DNA of 64,000 bases from positions 8,001 to 72,000 of the forward strand of contig CAYYRJ010000007.1 in assembly GCA_964474085.1 (NCBI GenBank). The letters run 5' to 3'. A program made the translations under genes and the position numbers. The notes below the pieces were generated by a model. That model was not told the origin of the DNA. It was given only the letters and a program-made list of their open reading frames with translations, and did not search any database. Of the stretch, positions 11,150-20,003 are shown piece after piece. Position 1 is the stretch's first letter. Each line of letters begins with the position of its first letter. The DNA comes from an uncultured Planctomycetales bacterium (lineage in GTDB: Bacteria; Omnitrophota; Gorgyraeia; Zapsychrales; JANLHA01).

Positions 11150-11854
11150 TTAGCAAGAACGCATTAACTTTGAAAAATTTGAATAAATCACTTCTGCCTC
11201 TTTTTCGAAAAGCGCTTTATTCTTAGCGTAACTTTTAAGCATCATATCTTTTTTTTCTAATAATAGCGAAGGAGAATTTTTAAAATATTCATCCGACCAT
11301 TCACGGATACTTTTATCGGTGATCTCAATATGAAACTGAAAGCCGTACGCACAGGGTCCGATTTTGAGCGCCTGGTGCGGGCAGTCCGCGCCTTTGACCA
11401 ACCATTTTCCATTTTGGGGAATTGCAAAAGTGTCACCGTGCCACTGATAAACAAAAAGTTCGCGCCCCAAACCCTTAAAAATTGGATCGCTCAATCCATC
11501 GTCGGTGAGTTTGACGGTTCGCCAGCCGATTTCCTCGACAAGAGAACGCGAAACCACAGCGCCCGTCGCTTTGGCTAAAAGCTGTGCGCCTAAACAAATT
11601 CCCAAAAAAGGAATCTGCGCATCAAGCAAACTTTGAATAAAAACATTTTCATCCTTAAGAAACGGGTATTTGTCTTCCTCATAAACATTCATCGGCCCGC
11701 CCAAACAAATGACCGCATCAATTCCGTCGAGCGTTTTGGGAAATGCCGCACCATTGTACAATTCCAAGACCTGGCTTTGATATCCGTACTTTTCAAAAAA
11801 CGGCGCTATCGTTTCCGGCCCTTCAATATCGACGTGTTTAAGATAAAGAATCAT
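11150..11854 (-). CDS. Class I glutamine amidotransferase (GATase1, GMP-synthase-like stand-alone)
   Basis: GATase-1 fold motifs (GICLGAQLL with catalytic Cys, HGD/HxE C-terminal region). A GGAGG Shine-Dalgarno lies 8 nt upstream of the ATG at 11852-11854. Confidence 0.75.
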   Translation of the reverse strand: MILYLKHVDIEGPETIAPFFEKYGYQSQVLELYNGAAFPKTLDGIDAVICLGGPMNVYEEDKYPFLKDENVFIQSLLDAQIPFLGICLGAQLLAKATGAVVSRSLVEEIGWRTVKLTDDGLSDPIFKGLGRELFVYQWHGDTFAIPQNGKWLVKGADCPHQALKIGPCAYGFQFHIEITDKSIREWSDEYFKNSPSLLLEKKDMMLKSYAKNKALFEKEAEVIYSNFSKLMRSC

Positions 11855-11894
11855 AAAAAAAATAAACCTCCGGTCGTCGTTTGCTAAACTTAAC

Positions 11895-11973
11895 GATTTA
11901 GGAGTTCCTTTTTTCGGCTCAATTGTTTGGCGCCTCTATGGCGCTATTCGCCTTAAAAAGGAACCCCTAAATC
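11895..11973 (-). repeat. Copy 1 of the conserved-core / variable-stem hairpin repeat (core TTTTTCGGCTCAATTGTTTGGCGCCTCTATGGCGCTATTCGCCTTAAAAAG)
   Basis: The 45-nt core is almost identical at 19941-19988 and 32660-32709. The flanking arms gatttaggagttcc / ggaacccctaaatc are complementary apart from one A:C, which is G:U on the minus RNA. It lies in the intergenic region between glnN and the GATase gene. Confidence 0.8.
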
Positions 11974-12001
11974 ATTAAAATTACAATGTCACGTAATAAG
12001 C

Positions 12002-12070
12002 AGGGGCACGACGCATCGTGCCCCTACAACTGCTTCATTCTGTAGGAAACGGTTTCAAACCGTTCCCTAC
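12002..12070 (-). terminator. Two tandem GC-rich hairpins directly downstream of the glnN stop (putative terminator or mRNA 3' stabiliser)
   Basis: The hairpins are GGGGCACGA-cgca-TCGTGCCCC (12003-12024) and GTAGGAAACGGTTT-c-AAACCGTTCCCTAC (12042-12070). The single mismatch is a G:U on the minus RNA. There is no strong U-tract. Confidence 0.35.
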
Positions 12071-12079
12071 AAAAGTTTA

Positions 12080-14224
12080 TTATGCATTCATTAACAACAT
12101 TTCCGCATAACTTGGTAACGGCCAAATATTAGCTGGCACCAAACCTTCCAACTCATCGATCACTTCGCGCAACTTGAGCATACCCGAAAGCGTCTTGGCC
12201 GAATCATGCTTTTCTAAAGCAGCTTCCAGGGCATCCGCCGCTTTTAAAGCTCCATCGATAAGACCAGAAACTTTCTTGACCAGCTTCTTTTGCGTGACGG
12301 ATTTTGCCGACGAGAGAAGCTCTTGATATTCCAACCCGGCCGGAATAAGCTGCGTGCGCGCAATCGTTGCCGCACAACTGCCTTCCAAAGCAATCACCGT
12401 ATCATACGCGTGCTTGTTGATTTCATAACGGGAAGCAACTTCGACTGTCGTTAAAACGCCATGCTTGGCCAAAACATCGATGTTCTTCTTGAGCTTCAAT
12501 GTTTCTAGGGCTTCGGGTGTTGTTTTAAGATTCGGTAAACCACGTTTCTTGGCTTCTGCGTGCCACTCTGCAGTGTAATTGTCGCCGTTAAAAAGAACGC
12601 GTTTATGTTTTTTAATAATCCCCTGCAAAACAGCCTGCAAAGATTTATTAAAATCCAAACCGGCCTTTTTATCCGCTTCCAACTGATCACAGATTTCAGA
12701 AAGCGCCTGAGCGACAATCGTATTTAAAACCATATTGGCCGCCGACGGATTCTGGTTAGAACCGACTGCGCGAAATTCAAACTTAGCTCCCGTAAAAGCA
12801 AACGGCGAGGTCCGATTGCGGTCAGTTGTATCTTTCGCCAAACTCGGCAAAGAGTCTACCCCAACATTAATATCGCCGCCCTGCTTGGACGTTTTAGCTC
12901 CGCCTTTTTCGATTTGCTCGACGATATCAAAAAGCTGTTCGCCTAAAAAGATCGAAACAATCGCCGGTGGCGCTTCGTTGGCCCCCAAGCGATGATCATT
13001 TCCGGCGGTGGCGACTGTCACGCGCAAAAGATCCGCGTACGTATCAACCGCTTTGATAATCGCACAAAGAGTCGTTAAAAACTTTGCATTTTCGTGCGGG
13101 GTTTTTCCCGGATACAACCAATTCTTTCCGTCAGGCCCGACCACAGACCAGTTATTGTGTTTCCCCGAACCATTGATTCCAGCAAAAGGCTTTTCGTGCA
13201 ACAAGCAAACCAAGCCATGCTTATCCGCCAATTGGCGCATCACTTCCATGCACATCATATTGTGATCGACGGCAATGTTAAGATCTTCGTAAATCGGAGC
13301 AATTTCATATTGTGCGGGAGCCACTTCATTATGGCGGGTTTTAGACGGCATCCCTAATTCCCAGAGCGTGCGGTCCAAATCTTCCATAAACGCCATGATC
13401 CGCGGCTTGATAGCGCCAAAATAATGATCTTCTTGCTGTTGATGCTTCGCTGGCTTGCGACCAAAAAGCGTACGGCCGGTCTGAACCAAGTCAAGGCGCA
13501 TTTCATAATGCGCTTTATCGATCAAAAAATATTCCTGTTCCGGTCCGAGCGTGCAATACGCGCGCTTGCCCTTGGTATCAATGCCAAAAAGATTGGCTAA
13601 GCGGCAAATTTGCTTGGAAAGCGCCGTCATCGAACGCAAAAGCGGCGTCTTTTTGTCCAAAGCTTCGCCGTGATAACCGATATAAAATGTCGGAATGCAT
13701 AACGTTGTAGCTTCCGGACCTTCCTTAATAAAAGCAGGAGAGGTCGGATCCCAACCGGTGTAACCGCGCGCTTCAAAGGTTGCGCGAAGTCCGCCCGACG
13801 GAAAAGACGAAGCATCCGGTTCGCCCTGAATTAATTCCTTGCCTCCAAAATTTAAAATAACCCCACCCTCGCCGTCCCACGTAATAAAAGAATCATGCTT
13901 TTCGGCGGTTGTGCCCGTCAACGGCTGAAACCAATGCGTAAAATGTGTCGCGCCCTTGGAAACCGCCCATGTCTTCATGGCCTCGGCAACTTCATCGGCA
14001 ATTTCCGGATCCAGCCGGCCGCCTTCTTTGATCGTCGTGCTTAAGCTCTTATACGCTTTTTCGGAAAGATACTTTCGCATCACCTTAAGCGTAAAAACAT
14101 TTTTTCCAAAATACTCAGGGATTGACTGGCCTTCAACTTTCGTTTCGAGTTCGTTCATCGTGCGTTCTCCTATAAAATTACGAATCGTGGTTTGTGCTTC
14201 CTGGGTTCTGTTGACATTGCTCAT
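12080..14224 (-). CDS. glnN: Glutamine synthetase type III (GlnN, about 700-aa class)
   Basis: The length of about 700 aa and the motifs are characteristic of GSIII (N-terminal EYFGKNVF…KVMRKYL, catalytic region NGSGKHNNWS). An alternative start is the MNELETK ATG at 14156-14158. Confidence 0.85.
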   Translation of the reverse strand: MSNVNRTQEAQTTIRNFIGERTMNELETKVEGQSIPEYFGKNVFTLKVMRKYLSEKAYKSLSTTIKEGGRLDPEIADEVAEAMKTWAVSKGATHFTHWFQPLTGTTAEKHDSFITWDGEGGVILNFGGKELIQGEPDASSFPSGGLRATFEARGYTGWDPTSPAFIKEGPEATTLCIPTFYIGYHGEALDKKTPLLRSMTALSKQICRLANLFGIDTKGKRAYCTLGPEQEYFLIDKAHYEMRLDLVQTGRTLFGRKPAKHQQQEDHYFGAIKPRIMAFMEDLDRTLWELGMPSKTRHNEVAPAQYEIAPIYEDLNIAVDHNMMCMEVMRQLADKHGLVCLLHEKPFAGINGSGKHNNWSVVGPDGKNWLYPGKTPHENAKFLTTLCAIIKAVDTYADLLRVTVATAGNDHRLGANEAPPAIVSIFLGEQLFDIVEQIEKGGAKTSKQGGDINVGVDSLPSLAKDTTDRNRTSPFAFTGAKFEFRAVGSNQNPSAANMVLNTIVAQALSEICDQLEADKKAGLDFNKSLQAVLQGIIKKHKRVLFNGDNYTAEWHAEAKKRGLPNLKTTPEALETLKLKKNIDVLAKHGVLTTVEVASRYEINKHAYDTVIALEGSCAATIARTQLIPAGLEYQELLSSAKSVTQKKLVKKVSGLIDGALKAADALEAALEKHDSAKTLSGMLKLREVIDELEGLVPANIWPLPSYAEMLLMNA

Positions 14225-14263
14225 AAAATTTTCTCCTTTGTCCCGCGCCTGGAATAAGGCGGC

Positions 14264-14292
14264 ATTTTAACAAGCTGCCCGCATAATGTCAA
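14264..14292 (-). promoter_or_regulatory. Sigma-70 consensus promoter for glnN (-35 TTGACA, 17-nt spacer, -10 TAAAAT)
   Basis: On the minus strand: TTGACA at 14287-14292, an exact 17-nt spacer, and TAAAAT at 14264-14269. It is about 40 nt upstream of the glnN ATG, which has an AAAGGAGAAAA Shine-Dalgarno. Confidence 0.5.
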
Positions 14293-14310
14293 TCAAGCTC
14301 TCGACCGCTT

Positions 14311-14353
14311 AAAATGCGACGGGCGGGCGGACTTTAAATCTTATCCACCCGCC
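14311..14353 (-). terminator. Possible weak intrinsic terminator after glnB
   Basis: On the minus RNA, a 10-bp GC-rich stem GGCGGGUGGA / UCCGCCCGCC (one G:U) with a 12-nt loop is followed 5 nt later by AUUUUAA, a short U-tract. Confidence 0.3.
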
Positions 14354-14383
14354 TTTGCCGCCTAAAAACATCGCCAAACAATT

Positions 14384-14725
14384 TTACCCGATTGCGTCCG
14401 GGCCTTCATCGCCAGTACGGATACGGATACAGCGCGGCAATTCAACGACAAAAATCTTTCCGTCGCCGATTTTTCCCGTGCGCGCCCCGCGGATAATCGC
14501 TTTGATCGTTTTGTCAACAAAGTTCTCGTTGACCGCGATTTCAAGCTTAACCTTGCGCAAAAGGTTCCCGGTTTCTTTAACGCCGCGATAGAACTCGTCA
14601 ACACCTTTTTGACGACCGTGTCCCAAAACTTCGCTGACGGTAATCAGATTGACATCTTCTTTATACAATTCTTTTTTGACATCTTCCAACCGATGCGGCT
14701 GGATAATTGCTATGATCAGTTTCAT
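14384..14725 (-). CDS. glnB: Nitrogen regulatory protein P-II (GlnB/GlnK)
   Basis: 112-aa P-II fold with a T-loop region (RYRGVKE…-like, GHGRQKG) and a C-terminal GDGKIFV motif. It lies immediately downstream of amtB, the classic amtB-glnK arrangement. Confidence 0.9.
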   Translation of the reverse strand: MKLIIAIIQPHRLEDVKKELYKEDVNLITVSEVLGHGRQKGVDEFYRGVKETGNLLRKVKLEIAVNENFVDKTIKAIIRGARTGKIGDGKIFVVELPRCIRIRTGDEGPDAIG

Positions 14726-14771
14726 TTAAGACGCCCTCCTTAAAGATTCACTTAAAAAAGTAAATAACGGT

Positions 14772-16013
14772 TTATTCAAAAATCGTGTACGCGCGTTCAT
14801 GGTGCTGAGAAAGATCCAAGCCCATGACTTCATCTTCGGCAGAAGCCCTGACTCCAACGATAGCGTCCACAATTTTAAAAATAATAAATGTTCCAACGGC
14901 TGACCAAACAACCGTTACCCCAACAGCAGCAAGCTGAATTAAGAATTGCTTAGGGTTTCCATAAAATAACCCGTTAGCGCCCGCTGAATTAACTGTTGTC
15001 GTCGCAAAAACACCCGTTAATAAAGCGCCCCAAATCCCGCCGATCCCATGGACGCCGAAAGCGTCGAGAGAATCGTCATAGCCGAGTTTAGGTTTCAAAT
15101 ATCCGACGGCAAAGAAACACACAACGCTGACCGTCAAACCGATAATAAGCGCACCGGTGGTATCCACAAACCCTGCCGCAGGCGTAACCGCAACCAAGCC
15201 TGCAACCACACCTGTGGCCACACCGAACATCGTCGGCTTGCCGCTAACTAACCATTCTATAATTGCCCAGCTTAAACCCGCTGCAGCAGCAGCCGTATTG
15301 GTTGTAATAAAAGCATTCGCAGCTAAACCATTTGCTGCCAAGGCACTTCCCGCATTAAACCCAAACCAGCCAAACCACAACAGCCCGGCGCCCAAAACAA
15401 CAAAAGGCATATTGTGAATGGCCATCGGCTTATTTTCATAACCTAAACGTTTACCCAACATCAAAGCACACACAAGCGCGGCAACACCGGCGTTGATATG
15501 AACAACCGTTCCGCCGGCAAAATCCAAAGCGCCCCAGGCGCGGACCCAACCGCCGAGCGCCCAAACCATATGACAGATCGGATCATAAACCAACGTTGCC
15601 CACAAAATCATAAATAAGAGAAAAGCCGCAAACTTCATGCGTTCCGCAAAAGCGCCGATAATAAGCGCTGGCGTGATAATCGCAAACATCGCCTGAAAAA
15701 TCATAAACGCCTGATGCGGAATTGTCGCCGCATAATCAGCATTTGCAGCTTGACCCACACCGTTTAACCCAAGCCAACTTAAACCCCCAACAAACGGATT
15801 TCCCGGGCCAAAAGCTAAACTATAACCAAACAAAACCCATTGAATACTGATAACACACATCAACATAAAACATTGCATCAAAATACCTAAAACGTTTTTA
15901 CGACGAACCATACCTCCGTAAAAGAAGGCCAAGCCTGGGGTCATCAAAAGCACAAGCGCACTGCTCGCCAAAACCCAAGCTGTATCTCCCGCGTTAATTG
16001 GAACTGGCTCCAT
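14772..16013 (-). CDS. amtB: Ammonium transporter AmtB/Amt family
   Basis: 11-TM Amt signature (…LLMTPGLAFFYGGMVR…, GAVAERMKF-like, HGIGGIWG). Confidence 0.92.
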   Translation of the reverse strand: MEPVPINAGDTAWVLASSALVLLMTPGLAFFYGGMVRRKNVLGILMQCFMLMCVISIQWVLFGYSLAFGPGNPFVGGLSWLGLNGVGQAANADYAATIPHQAFMIFQAMFAIITPALIIGAFAERMKFAAFLLFMILWATLVYDPICHMVWALGGWVRAWGALDFAGGTVVHINAGVAALVCALMLGKRLGYENKPMAIHNMPFVVLGAGLLWFGWFGFNAGSALAANGLAANAFITTNTAAAAAGLSWAIIEWLVSGKPTMFGVATGVVAGLVAVTPAAGFVDTTGALIIGLTVSVVCFFAVGYLKPKLGYDDSLDAFGVHGIGGIWGALLTGVFATTTVNSAGANGLFYGNPKQFLIQLAAVGVTVVWSAVGTFIIFKIVDAIVGVRASAEDEVMGLDLSQHHERAYTIFE

Positions 16014-16124
16014 GGTACATTCTCCTTTGCTGTGAAACGGTTTACTCTGTGTTTAATCCCTAAATTTGAATTTCCCTGAAGCTATAGGCTGACTCTTAGC
16101 ATTTGATCATTTACGCTTTGGGTC

Positions 16125-16183
16125 AATAAAAAATCCCCTAACCGCCATTTTCATTAATGGTTCGCTAGAGGACATCTTTGCCC
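16125..16183 (-). promoter_or_regulatory. amtB-glnB leader: intrinsic terminator whose apical hairpin, with an upstream hairpin, carries AxxGxx hexaloops (candidate ANTAR dual-hairpin antitermination target)
   Basis: Minus RNA hairpins: P1 is GGGC-AAAGAU-GUCC (16170-16183) and P2 is CCAUU-AAUGAA-AAUGG (16145-16160). Both hexaloops have A at position 1 and G at position 4. The outer stem CCUCUAGC / GGUUAGGGG (16164-16171 and 16135-16143) is followed by AUUUUUUAUU (16125-16134). The P1 3' arm overlaps the terminator 5' arm. A GAF-ANTAR gene lies immediately upstream. Confidence 0.45.
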
Positions 16184-16233
16184 GCACTTCATTTTTTCTG
16201 CCTAAAGACTTCAACGCCTTTAGAGACTTTCAA

Positions 16234-16262
16234 AGTATAGAAGTACACTTTAGTTTTGTCAA
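16234..16262 (-). promoter_or_regulatory. Sigma-70 consensus promoter for amtB-glnB (-35 TTGACA, 17-nt spacer, -10 TATACT)
   Basis: On the minus strand: TTGACA at 16257-16262, a 17-nt spacer, and TATACT at 16234-16239. It lies just downstream of the ANTAR gene stop and about 220 nt upstream of the amtB ATG. Confidence 0.5.
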
Positions 16263-16288
16263 CTATTTTTTAAAAATCGGTTGTTTTT

Positions 16289-17551
16289 TTACTTGCTAAA
16301 CTCGTCCATCAAAATAATCGACTCAGCGATGTCTTTCATCGATTTGCAGGTGTCCATGCTTTTTTTATGGATAAGCCGATGGGCGGCTTCTTCGGTAAGA
16401 TGGTTCATGCGCATCAAAATCCCCTTGGCGCGTTCGACAAGTTTGCGGGTTTCCAAAGCTTCACGGGTTTTGGAAGCTTCTTCGACGAGTTTCGTGTTCT
16501 CAACAGCGACAGCAGCCTGATTAGCCACCATTTGCAGGACGCTGACTTCCTCGCCGGAAAACTGGTGGAATTCCTTGGTATAAACGTTGATGACACCAAT
16601 GGCTTTATCTTTGACAATCATCGGGACAGCGACCATCGAAGAAAGATTTTCTTTGATCGCAAGCTCCCGATAAGCATAACGTTCATCCTGCCGGACATCT
16701 TCGACGACCAGAGGATTTTTGGTTTTGACCACATCACCGACCAAACTATTTTTAACTTTAAGATTGGGCTTTTTAATATATTCTTCACTTAAGCTCTGCG
16801 TGGCCTTGATGCTAAGCTCCTCGCCCTTTTCATCCAAAAGCATGATTGAACAGATCTTCGAATTAAGCATCTCCGCAGTAATAACAACGATAAGATTTAA
16901 AATCTCGTCGAGATAGCGCTGGGAGGTAATCGAATGGCTGACTTTGACCAAACTGTCAAATTGGCTGGCCTTCTGCTTGGTGTCCTCAAAAAGACGCGCA
17001 TGCTCAATGACCCCGCCGACCTGTTTGGCAATCGTATCGATTAAATTCACAGAACTTGTCGAATATTCATGCGGGTTTTTGTGCTGGACATTGATAACGC
17101 CGCTGACTTTTCCCTTATAAATGATCGGAACAGAAAGAAAAGCTTCATAGCGGTCTTCGGGTAAAACATCAAAACCTTTAAAGCGCGGGTCCTGATACGC
17201 ATTTTTTTTGATAGCGACCGGTTTATTGTGTTCGGCGACCCAGCCGGTAATCCCTTCGCCGACGCGCAAATTGATTTTGCCGAGCACTTTTTTGTGCGGC
17301 GTTTTGGAAGCCATCAGGACAAGATTCTTTTTGCCGCGGTCAAAAAGATAAACAAAAATCGAATCGGCTTTCGTCATTTCATTGACGATGCCGACGACTT
17401 CATGCAAAATGCCCGCCAAATCCAAGTCGGAACACGTGATATCTACAATCCGCCGCAAAATCTTGAGCTCTTGCGCACTGGAAATATTAAGCGTAACGCT
17501 TGTCAAAGCTGTTGTATTTTTAACTTTTTTTGTCTGTGCCATGAAAGCCAT
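16289..17551 (-). CDS. GAF-GAF-ANTAR RNA-binding antitermination regulator
   Basis: Two GAF-like domains precede a C-terminal ANTAR domain (ALETRKLVERAKGILMRMNHLTEEAAHRLIHKKSMD…). It sits directly upstream of the promoter and terminator-containing leader of amtB. Confidence 0.75.
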   Translation of the reverse strand: MAFMAQTKKVKNTTALTSVTLNISSAQELKILRRIVDITCSDLDLAGILHEVVGIVNEMTKADSIFVYLFDRGKKNLVLMASKTPHKKVLGKINLRVGEGITGWVAEHNKPVAIKKNAYQDPRFKGFDVLPEDRYEAFLSVPIIYKGKVSGVINVQHKNPHEYSTSSVNLIDTIAKQVGGVIEHARLFEDTKQKASQFDSLVKVSHSITSQRYLDEILNLIVVITAEMLNSKICSIMLLDEKGEELSIKATQSLSEEYIKKPNLKVKNSLVGDVVKTKNPLVVEDVRQDERYAYRELAIKENLSSMVAVPMIVKDKAIGVINVYTKEFHQFSGEEVSVLQMVANQAAVAVENTKLVEEASKTREALETRKLVERAKGILMRMNHLTEEAAHRLIHKKSMDTCKSMKDIAESIILMDEFSK

Positions 17552-17585
17552 TTTAACAGAAAGCGCCTTGTTGCAATGATTATCT

Positions 17586-18776
17586 TCAACTTATAACAAA
17601 CTTATCATTTTCAAGCACGATCGCCATCGCCCCGCCGCCGCCATAACAGATTGCCCCAAGGCCGTATCTTTTATTTTCCGCTTTTAAAGCGTGCGCCAGC
17701 GTAACTAAAATTCGCAACCCGGCTGCGCCTAAAGGATGCCCTAAAGCAATGTCCCCGCCGTAAATATTCATTTTTTGCGTCGCAATATCGAGCTTATCGC
17801 GTGTGTAAATCGCTTGCGCCGAAAATGCCTCACTGACTTCAAAAAGATCAATGTCTTTGCATTTTAAACCGCACGCCCGTAAACATGCCTCTGCGGCAGG
17901 GACCGCCGCCGTAAAGACTTCTTTGGGATTTAAAGCAATCGATGCAAAGCCGACAATACGCGAGAGCGGATGGACTTTTTGGCGTTTCACAAAATCTTTA
18001 CCAGCAACCAAAACAGCAGCTGCCCCGTCGCACGGCAAAGATACATTTCCCGCAGAAAGCGTCCCGTTTTTGCCAAAGGCCGGCGGTAAAATTTTAAAAC
18101 TCTCGAGATTCACGTGCCGACGGATATGTTCATCCGCAAAAAAATTCTTTCCGTCAGACAAAGCGACACCGACGATTTCATTGCTAAAATTTGCACCCGC
18201 AGCTTTGCGATGACTTTCAAAAGCATAGGCATCTTGAGCCGGCCGCGAAATTTTTTCGCGTTTCGCCAAACTTTCGCAAAGCTGTCCCATCAATTGACCG
18301 CTTAAATTGCACCAGAGCCCATCATACATCAAGCTGTCAATCGGCGTACGCTCACTGTATGGCGTTTCCACGTCTTTCGAAAAAAGCAGAGGTGTACGGG
18401 TCGCACTTTCTGCCCCGACAGCGATGATACAGTCTTTGGAACCAAAACAAATCGCTTGCCCTGCAAGAATAAGTGCCTGCAACCCAGAAGCGCAAACCGC
18501 ATTGACCGTATAAGCGGTCGTCTTAAAGTTTAGTCCGCCGCAAAAACTTGCTTGCCGCGCCGGGTTTTGCCCGCTGCCCGCCGAAACAGTATTGCCCAAA
18601 ATTACTTCTGAAATACAATCCGGGTTAAGACGCGTACGCTTTAAGAGGCCCTGAATCACAATGCCACCTAATTGAGGGGCAGAAAAATCTTTTAAACTTT
18701 TAAAGGGACTTGCGACGGGCGTTCTAAGAGCATCAAGAATATAAAGAGGATTTTTATCAAAAGAGCTCTGCGGCAT
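17586..18776 (-). CDS. Acetyl-CoA C-acetyltransferase (thiolase II)
   Basis: Thiolase N- and C-terminal domains are present, with the active-site region NAVCASGLQA and the C-terminal motif GLGAICYGGGGAMAIVLE. Confidence 0.85.
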   Translation of the reverse strand: MPQSSFDKNPLYILDALRTPVASPFKSLKDFSAPQLGGIVIQGLLKRTRLNPDCISEVILGNTVSAGSGQNPARQASFCGGLNFKTTAYTVNAVCASGLQALILAGQAICFGSKDCIIAVGAESATRTPLLFSKDVETPYSERTPIDSLMYDGLWCNLSGQLMGQLCESLAKREKISRPAQDAYAFESHRKAAGANFSNEIVGVALSDGKNFFADEHIRRHVNLESFKILPPAFGKNGTLSAGNVSLPCDGAAAVLVAGKDFVKRQKVHPLSRIVGFASIALNPKEVFTAAVPAAEACLRACGLKCKDIDLFEVSEAFSAQAIYTRDKLDIATQKMNIYGGDIALGHPLGAAGLRILVTLAHALKAENKRYGLGAICYGGGGAMAIVLENDKFVIS

Positions 18777-18784
18777 AAGAAAAT

Positions 18785-19882
18785 TTATAAATTCTCAATA
18801 ATCGCATCCACATCAACGAACTTTTTGACCATTTGCCGCGCTTCACTGATTTTGTCTTTATCTGTTTTTTGTATTTTGCAAACCAGATTGTCGATTTCCC
18901 GGGCGACGGCATACGTTTCTTTGTCGGTCAAAAAAACCGGGATACGGCTTTTTTGTAAAAGTTCCATGATCTTGACATTGGGCATCAGTCCGCCAGTTAG
19001 AATAATTCCCGCAATCTGATCTTTGCTGTCCTGCGTCACCAAATGAGTACTCACCGCAACCAGAATATTGTCCACGCGATCGCCGGAGGTTAAAACAAGC
19101 GTCCCATTGGTCAGATAATTGACCATATTATACGGCTCCATCGCCGCGACAATCGTGTTGCGAACACGTCGGAATAAATATTCCTGGCCGCACAGAACTT
19201 TAAGATTTAAAAATTTCATGATCTGTTCGACCTTCGGATCACACAAAAGCGGATCAAAGGGAATTGCGCCGACTAAGCGCAGACCTTTACGTTTTAACCC
19301 GACAGACACAACTTTTTTGATGCGCTCCATTTTGTCCGGCAGGACTTTATTAAGAATAACCCCGACGACCTCAACTCCACAATTGTCAAAAAGCGCTTTG
19401 TTAAGCATGATTTCATCAATGCTGCGCCCAATGCCGCCTTCGCTGACGATAAGGACCTTGGAACCTAACATTTTTGCGACATCAGCATTTGAAAGATCAA
19501 TGACTGAGCCTACGCCGGCATGGCCTGTTCCTTCGATGATAATGGAATTTTTGTGCTGGGTAAGACTGTTAAACGACGACAAAATACGATTGCGCAAAAC
19601 GTCTTGTTGAGGATTAAAAATATACTGCTCGGTATACCCGTGCCCGATTGTCACCGGACTCATATATTTGAGCTTATTGCGGCAACGGTAAACTTCGCCC
19701 ATCAGATAACTGTCTTTGTCGACATCTGTTTGTCCGACGGTAACCGTCTGCTGGCCGACGGGCTTAAGAAAAGCCGGCTTAAGTCCGCGTTCCTGAAAAA
19801 TTTTGTAAAGTCCCAACGACACCGTGGTCTTACCGGCATTTTGATATATCGAGGAAATAAAAATATTTTTGATTTTTTTCAT
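18785..19882 (-). CDS. P-loop ATPase (CobQ/CobB/MinD/BioD-like) with DRTGG domain, resembling the phosphotransacetylase N-terminal region
   Basis: N-terminal Walker A (SIYQNAGKTTVSLGL) with a BioD-like fold is followed by a DRTGG-like segment (TSGDRVDNILVAV…GIILTGG). Confidence 0.55.
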   Translation of the reverse strand: MKKIKNIFISSIYQNAGKTTVSLGLYKIFQERGLKPAFLKPVGQQTVTVGQTDVDKDSYLMGEVYRCRNKLKYMSPVTIGHGYTEQYIFNPQQDVLRNRILSSFNSLTQHKNSIIIEGTGHAGVGSVIDLSNADVAKMLGSKVLIVSEGGIGRSIDEIMLNKALFDNCGVEVVGVILNKVLPDKMERIKKVVSVGLKRKGLRLVGAIPFDPLLCDPKVEQIMKFLNLKVLCGQEYLFRRVRNTIVAAMEPYNMVNYLTNGTLVLTSGDRVDNILVAVSTHLVTQDSKDQIAGIILTGGLMPNVKIMELLQKSRIPVFLTDKETYAVAREIDNLVCKIQKTDKDKISEARQMVKKFVDVDAIIENL

Positions 19883-19923
19883 CAGATGTTAAAAGATTCT
19901 AACTCTATCCGTACATAATCTTG

Positions 19924-20003
19924 GTTGATGGAAAACCTCTTTTTCGGCTCAATTGTTTGGCGCCTCTATGGCGCTATTCGCCTAAAAGAGGTTTCCCATC
20001 AAC
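19924..20003 (-). repeat. Copy 2 of the conserved-core / variable-stem hairpin repeat
   Basis: Same 45-nt core as copy 1 with a 1-nt indel. The arms gttgatggaaaacctcttt / aaagaggtttcccatcaac are complementary apart from one A:C, which is G:U on the minus RNA. The right arm overlaps the sucD stop codon at 19999-20001. Confidence 0.8.

Noticed and set aside
11855-12079. Considered the repeat cores as CRISPR repeats or tRNA fragments
   Set aside because: Copies are 8-13 kb apart, not arrayed with spacers. No cloverleaf, and no anticodon-stem or T-loop conservation.
16289-17551. Considered the GAF-ANTAR protein as a sigma-54 activator (NtrC/NifA-like)
   Set aside because: No AAA+ sigma-54 interaction domain (GAFTGA) or Fis-type HTH is present. 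The C-terminus is a clear ANTAR domain.
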